Part shown: positions 57,620 through 64,000 of the stretch, piece by piece | How positions within the stretch are numbered: position 1 is the first letter of the stretch | How the letters are laid out: each line of letters opens with the position of its first letter | Origin: Chrysomallon squamiferum | Lineage: Eukaryota; Animalia; Mollusca | Reading direction: 5' to 3' | Assembly: GCA_012295275.1 (NCBI GenBank) | Contig: CM022676.1 | Coordinates: 6,386,001-6,450,000 of the forward strand | DNA: 64,000 nt | The notes under the pieces: generated by a model | Database searches by the model: none | What the model was told of the DNA's origin: nothing | The model's input: the letters and a program-made list of their open reading frames with translations, nothing else | Made by a program: the position numbers and the translations under genes

Positions 57620-57923
57620 ACTCTGTCTCCTTCTCACCCTTTCTTGCTCTTCCTGAATTTCATTTTCTCTCACATTCTCACTTTCACTACCTCTTTTGTC
57701 CTTTCACATTTTATCTCACTCGATCTATATCACTTTCTCTCTTATCCTCCTCATTCTGTCTCTCGCTTCCTTTCCCACTGTCTCTCACTCTATTTCTTCC
57801 TTTCTCACTGTATTTCTCTTCTTTTCTCACGTTTTCTCTCTCTCTCTGTGTGTCAAACTATCCCTCTTTCGTCTCTAATTTGTTTTCACCATTTCTCTCT
57901 ATCTTTCTCTTTCCTTCCCCCCC

Positions 57924-57966
<43 letters not shown>

Positions 57967-57970
57967 CACA
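57620..57970. repeat. Long pyrimidine-rich (CT) low-complexity tract ending in (CA)n
   Basis: Direct observation. Confidence 0.85.
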
Positions 57971-58996
57971 ACAAAATTAAAAATCACATTACATCTAATT
58001 CCTAATTTCTTGAAATCTCTGTTATAGGTTCAGTTTAGTTTTAATCAACTTTCAAAAACAATTTCTACATCAATAACAGGACTTTCAATAACTTTAACTG
58101 CATCCTCGCACACAGACACATCTACAATTCCCAGTTCACAATCTACATTATGTAGGCTGTTTTCTTTTAGAGAACGGTTGTTCAACGCTTGAATGATCCA
58201 GTAAAATAAATACACACAGACATTAATGATCCAATAACATTTGATACGTGTATTTCTACTGTTGTACTGAGGTCATGACTGGCTAATAAACTTCATTTAT
58301 CACTTGACAACAGCATCTCTCATGGGAAAAAAAGACTATCCCTTGTATTTTCAAAAGATACGAGAACACTAACCATGCTGATTTTGTATTTATTATTTTA
58401 ATTTTACAACAGCCCTATCTGTCCCTATTCCCTTCCCTCTTTCTCTATACATGTGTGTGTTTGTTTGTGTGCGCCCCTATATCTTTTTTTTTGTGCAAGT
58501 TTTTTGTGTGTGAGAGAGACAGTGACAAAGAAAAATAAAGAGATATACAGACATATAAACATATATATAAGGGAAAAGACTGAGACAAATTTTGCTAGCA
58601 AGTTACATATTTTGTTATCATTACTTTTTACTTAGTCTGCAAACATTAATACATTTACAGTATCATATTTATCTTTTCTTATACTTAATATTTTTATTTT
58701 AATAATTCTTACTGTTTTTTTCTGAAACATCTACAAAGTCTTGACATTATGGCTTATTGTTGTCGCTATTAATAATATGTTCTTTTTATATAATATTTTT
58801 AATTATTATATTATGTATGTCAACAGCTGCACCGATATAATTTTCTATAAAAGAAACCTTTAAATCATTTGAAAATTCTTTTTTTTTTTTTTAATAATGG
58901 TCTTTCAGTAGTAGAAAGACAGCTCTTGATGCTATCATCCTTTGTTTATATATCTATTTTATTTAAGTTTTTGTATATTAAACAGTTTCTTTACAA

Positions 58997-59253
58997 CAGT
59001 AATTGGCAAACTGCAGCCCGCGCGTTGGGCCTGCCTAATTTCATAAGGAAAATAACGTTAATTCAAATTTTATAAAATGAGTCTATATTGTCATCTACTA
59101 ATATACTAAAATACATGTAATTTTATTATTATTATTATTATAATAGTTCCTGAAGTAAATGAAAATGAAAAATTATCTTAAAATAAACTCTACATAAAAA
59201 CACAAAATCGTCAAAATTTGTACCTGCTTCTTGAAAAAGGTTTCCCATACCTG
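58997..59253. mobile_element. Non-autonomous hAT (Charlie-like) DNA transposon / MITE, 257 bp
   Basis: Identical 8-bp flanking duplication CTTTACAA (58989-58996 and 59254-59261); imperfect TIRs CAGTAATTGGCAAACT / CAGGTATGGGAAACCT (11/16); subterminal GCAGCCCGCG typical of Charlie-type ends. Confidence 0.75.
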
Positions 59254-59550
59254 CTTTACAATCTCTTCATATCAGCAGTCCTATTTTCTTTTTCAATAAA
59301 TGTATATCATGATGAATCATAACATTTTCATCCATTCCTCAGTCCTATATTTACATATCTGTATCTAATACAACTTTATATATTATTCTTTCAATATAGT
59401 GCCTCGCTTTCTCTGTATTCTCATCATGTTATGAAGGCATTATTTATTGATTATATGGTCTATCTTTCTGTCTGTCTGTCTGTTTATCTTATCTATTTAC
59501 ACACACAGACATACGCATAAAAATATACACAGTCAGACATGTTGTTATTT

Positions 59551-59572
59551 TTATTATTATCATTATTATTAA

Positions 59573-59657
<85 letters not shown>
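59551..59657. repeat. (ATT)n microsatellite
   Basis: Long near-pure trinucleotide run. Confidence 0.97.
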
Positions 59658-59890
59658 TTCATGTTATCAACTGTTTATTACCTTTATCTAACTTACTAAG
59701 CATGAACCTTTTTCCCATATCATTGGTTTATTTTGCTAAACATATTTTATCTGTATGTTATATATTTTTTTTGTTTATTGCCCGTTTTCACATGCAACCA
59801 TATCTACTACCTTAGCTTTTATAGACCCATAACATTTTTACCTGCTATCATATTATTATTTTTAGCATTTATAGGCCACAGGAGATTCAG

Positions 59891-59939
<49 letters not shown>

Positions 59940-61520
59940 TGTGTGTGTATGAGTGTATATACTTATATGGGTACATGTGTGTTTGTGATTTCATTTCTGT
60001 CTGTGCATGAATGTATCTTCATAATAATATAAATGAACCAAACTGTACATCATTAAATAAGTTTTTTTTCCAAATGTGAAATGACAGAACATATCAAATA
60101 TGAACCCACAGACATAAAAACAAAAATAAAAAAGCTAGTTTCTTGTTTCTTGTGATATCAGACCATACTTGAACAAAGAAGATTAACCATCAATAATAAA
60201 TTTAAGAAATTCTTAAAAATTACAAGTAACAACAAAATAATAATAAAACATTTATAAAAATTTAATAAACAAAGAAGCAGATTTAATAAAAACAGTAACA
60301 GAAAGATAGTAAAAAAAATAAAACAATAAATGTAATAATAATGAGAAGAAGAAGAAGAAGAAGAAGGTTATCCATAACTTTTTTTGCTCAGTATATTTCC
60401 ACATTCATACAACCTTAAAATTATAGAAACAGGTAAAAATATCTCAGCACCAGATTAAAACAGGAACCAGAATACAAGCCTTAGGCTTAGTTGCATGTAT
60501 TAAATGACTGATGTTATGGGAAAAACAAAATATTAATAATAATAATAAATTAAAATACTAAAAGAATTATACTTCTTCGTCCAAAAGAAAATGTAGTGAG
60601 AAGCATAAAGAAAAAAAAAAGGTGACATTTTAATTAATGACTTGACAGCCTGACATCATTTGAATATAACTCAAGTTCATAATTTTTCCACAGTGAAGCC
60701 ATTATTATTATTATTATTATGTTATTATTATAGTTATTTGTTATTATTGTTATTATTATAATCATCATAATAATCATTATCACTATTACGTGTAATTATT
60801 GTTATTATTCTTACTGTCTTTGTTATTAGTTATTTGTCATCAACACTATTTTTATTGGTTATTTTTATAGAACAAATGATAAAAAATATTTAAATTGTCC
60901 ATAAATACTAATTTCCACAAACAACTTATCATAACAAGCATTAAATTAATGCAATATCAATATGGTAACATCCAAGACAAAACAAAATTTGAAAAACATT
61001 TTCTGGAAGTGTTAAATTCAACAAATAACTAATTAATAATCAACAACATAATTCCATCAAAATCAATTAACTTTAAAATGAAAAAATAAACAAAATATTT
61101 CAGAAATAATGATTCAAAAAAAAAAAAAAAATCTAATTAATAACTGACACTATAATTTCATCAAAATACCCCCAAAAATAAAAAAAAAGAAAAAACAAGA
61201 ACAAAATATTTTCCAACAAACAAGTAATTAAAATACATATTTCTGAAACTTTAAAACCTAATTAATAACTGACACTAGAAATAATTTTCCAACAAACAAG
61301 TAATTAAAATGACACTATTATTTCATCAAAACAAAAAAAAAAAAAAAAAAAAAACAAAACTACATTTCTCAGAAAATAGTATTTTCCAACAAACAAGTAA
61401 TTATTCATCAACAAACTAACTCTTATGAAATTCCACGAACTTATTAAAAACGGAACAAAAACTTTCTCCGGGGGAAATGCTAACTAATTTCAACAAACAA
61501 CCTCGTCCTGCTGTCCACAG

Positions 61521-61612
61521 AACACTTTGTTGCGCAGGGTCACAAGAAGGACATCGTCATTGTTGAACACGGTAATAAGCAATTTACACAACGTCCTGAT
61601 GAACGTCAACAC
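61521..61612 (+). other. Exon-like CpG-rich segment on the plus strand, coding status unknown
   Basis: Branch-like TGCTAAC, acceptor CTGTCCACAG|, donor CAC|GTAAGT; two of three frames open across 92 nt. Confidence 0.25.
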
Positions 61613-64000
61613 GTAAGTTGATGAACCTGTGACAAAAGGTCAGGGAAGCAATGTTGTCACGAATTACACGCAAATGAGTGAAGATTCGTGTAACAGAGCC
61701 TTGACTGCCTGTAACTGTGTTGCTGCATATCCCAACCTAAAAACCCCCTACTTGCCTGGACTGAATCAGAAAACCAAAAAAAATAAAAAATAATAAAAAT
61801 GATGATGTGATACAACATGCCTTCATATATATTTATATATATATATGCAGTTATGTCATTGCAGTTTTTTTTCATTATTGTTTTCTGATGGATGTTGCCT
61901 CCTGACAACATAAATACCCACCCTATGGTGTGGAAATATCTTGGCTAAAGCACCCATGGGCAATTACATTGGCATATATGGTATTGTGTTACATGCTTAT
62001 AGCAAAACTTGGTAGTATATCATTTTTTTGCTTATAGACTGAATTTTCATTATTTTGAAACTGGAAAGCTTCAGAAATCAATATTTTCGAGTTGTTGTAT
62101 TTCTTTTTTTTTTTTTTTTTGTGTGGCGGAATTAAAGTTTAAAAAAAAAAATAAAAAATCATTTTTGCCATAATGTAGTGTCTATAATTGTATTCAGTTT
62201 GAATATTTAATCTTAAAAGCTTTAAAAACTATATGTTTTGGAATTATTTTACGGTTTAAGCAGAATAAATTTGAGTTTTTGAAATTCAAAAATTTACTGC
62301 AATTGCTATGGAAAGGTATGTTTCAAACTGCAAGAAACATACATGCTCATGTGTCTTTGCAAACCTAGAAAATACAAAAAACGGATGACAAATATTATCA
62401 GACACATGAAACCAGAAATAAACACTAGGTTCATGCATTTTCATATTTCCAAACTTGGCAGGAACATAATTAACACAATTGTTAACTGGCTGAATCTAAT
62501 TCATTCATTTGTAAGCAAAAACAAACACCAGTTTGAACTTTAACAGTCAACTACAGCAGTTCTTTGACAGTGCAATTAGGTATTATGTAAAGAGGTCATG
62601 AACAGAGATGACCCTGGCAGATGTATTTCAGTCTGCTTAATCAATAACTCATTGTTTTGTATTTATCAAGGAAAGGAAAAGCTTGACCATTCTAGTGCCT
62701 TTGATTTTTTATGAAGGCTAATTTCTACTAAATCAAAAGTCTGGGACTGCAAAACAAGAAAATAGAGACTTTTGAGTTCTTGAAGATACTGAAGGTCATT
62801 ATTACTTGCTTAAGCAGGAGCTTTGGGAAATTTAAATATTACACCCTATCATAGACCTGTTTTTTTTTTTTTAAATTAGCAAAAAGTGCCTTTTATAAAG
62901 ATTTTACTGTAACTGGACTAAAAAAAATCAGATATACTAACAGGAAAAGAACATCTGAAATCAGGTGCATTAAGAAAAATAACCAAGTAACAACAACCAA
63001 CAACAAAAAAAAAAAAAAAAAAAAAGGAAAAAGAAGAAATGAATTCTGGAACTCAAACCACATCGTTCTTCTTTACTTCTGTGAAGGTTATTTTCTGTCT
63101 CTATGGAAACAAAACAAGTCAGTTCTAAACAAAAGCTAAATATAAGCAGAGGTAAGTTTATTTGAAGAACTGCTGATGTTTATGTTTCCTGTAGATGGGC
63201 AAACAAACAATAAAAGCAAACATTATTGAAGAAATCAGACAAACCGAGCAAATTATCTTCTCGTTATTGACAGAAGCAGAGCAAATTAACTCAGACCAAT
63301 GGGATCAAATGTCCAGTCTTGACCAGTTGTTTGTATTACCTCCTGTCCTAACTTTTTACAGACCTCTCACTTTCCAGTGGTGGCTTCAAGGTGGGGAGGT
63401 TATAAAAGGTTTTCAAGAAATTATTAAAATGGCTGAGTGAGGTTTCTACTCTAGATAACCTTGGTTTTGAGAATGAAAATTAGATTGTTTTCTTGTTTTC
63501 CCCCACATAACGTAACATGATTTAGGTACATTGGCAGAGTCTGAACATTTTTGCCTGAACGTTGATGATGATGATGATGATGATGAAGTCTACAAAGCAA
63601 CAACACCTACTACCATATCTGTTCCCGGCTCTCTCTTTCCCAGAATGTTTACTCTGCTGCTGGATGCTTTGTTGTCAGTCATGTGCTTGAGAAAACTGGC
63701 AACACATGCTTAAATATCGGTTAATAGATTGACAAGAATAAAGGTGAGAAGAGAAAACAAACCTCTTCAAGATTGCAATCCCAGTGTTCACCACCAGTTG
63801 ATTTATTAAAAGACAAAAAACATTTGCCATTATAGTTAGTGGAAAGATGGACTGATAGATGGATGGATGGATGGAATGATGGAATGGATGGATGGATGGA
63901 TTTATTTTAGGCAAAAATATTCTATCTCCATATATATATATATATATATAAATTATTATTATTTTTTTTTTTTTGGGAAAACATCTGGATTATTTAGCTT

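Overview
AT-rich, CpG-poor, microsatellite-dense animal genomic DNA. The composition resembles a mollusc or cephalopod, but the taxon is an inference. Almost all of it is non-coding, and the supplied ORF track is nearly all low-complexity artefact. Reading the minus strand for ATG...donor units shows a dispersed series of short ATG-initiated exons that all end in phase 2 (NN|GT). The strongest are 56663-56796, 51538-51692, 32628-32719 and 23946-24061; weaker ones are 13997-14031, 26739-26806, 32525-32556, 25299-25315 and 51214-51224. Several lie next to CpG-richer, promoter-like patches. The 51.6-kb exon peptide resembles, from memory, the short-isoform N-terminus of TSC22D1/GILZ/Drosophila bunched, whose variable first exons also splice in phase 2. 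Best model: the window is the multi-promoter variable-N-terminus region of a large minus-strand TSC22D/bunched-like gene, with the constant TSC-box/leucine-zipper exons beyond position 1 (I did not see them here). The window also holds one hAT-type MITE with a perfect 8-bp TSD, a 40-bp minisatellite and a dozen unrelated degenerate tandem arrays. I found no rRNA, tRNA, CRISPR array or transposase/RT coding sequence.
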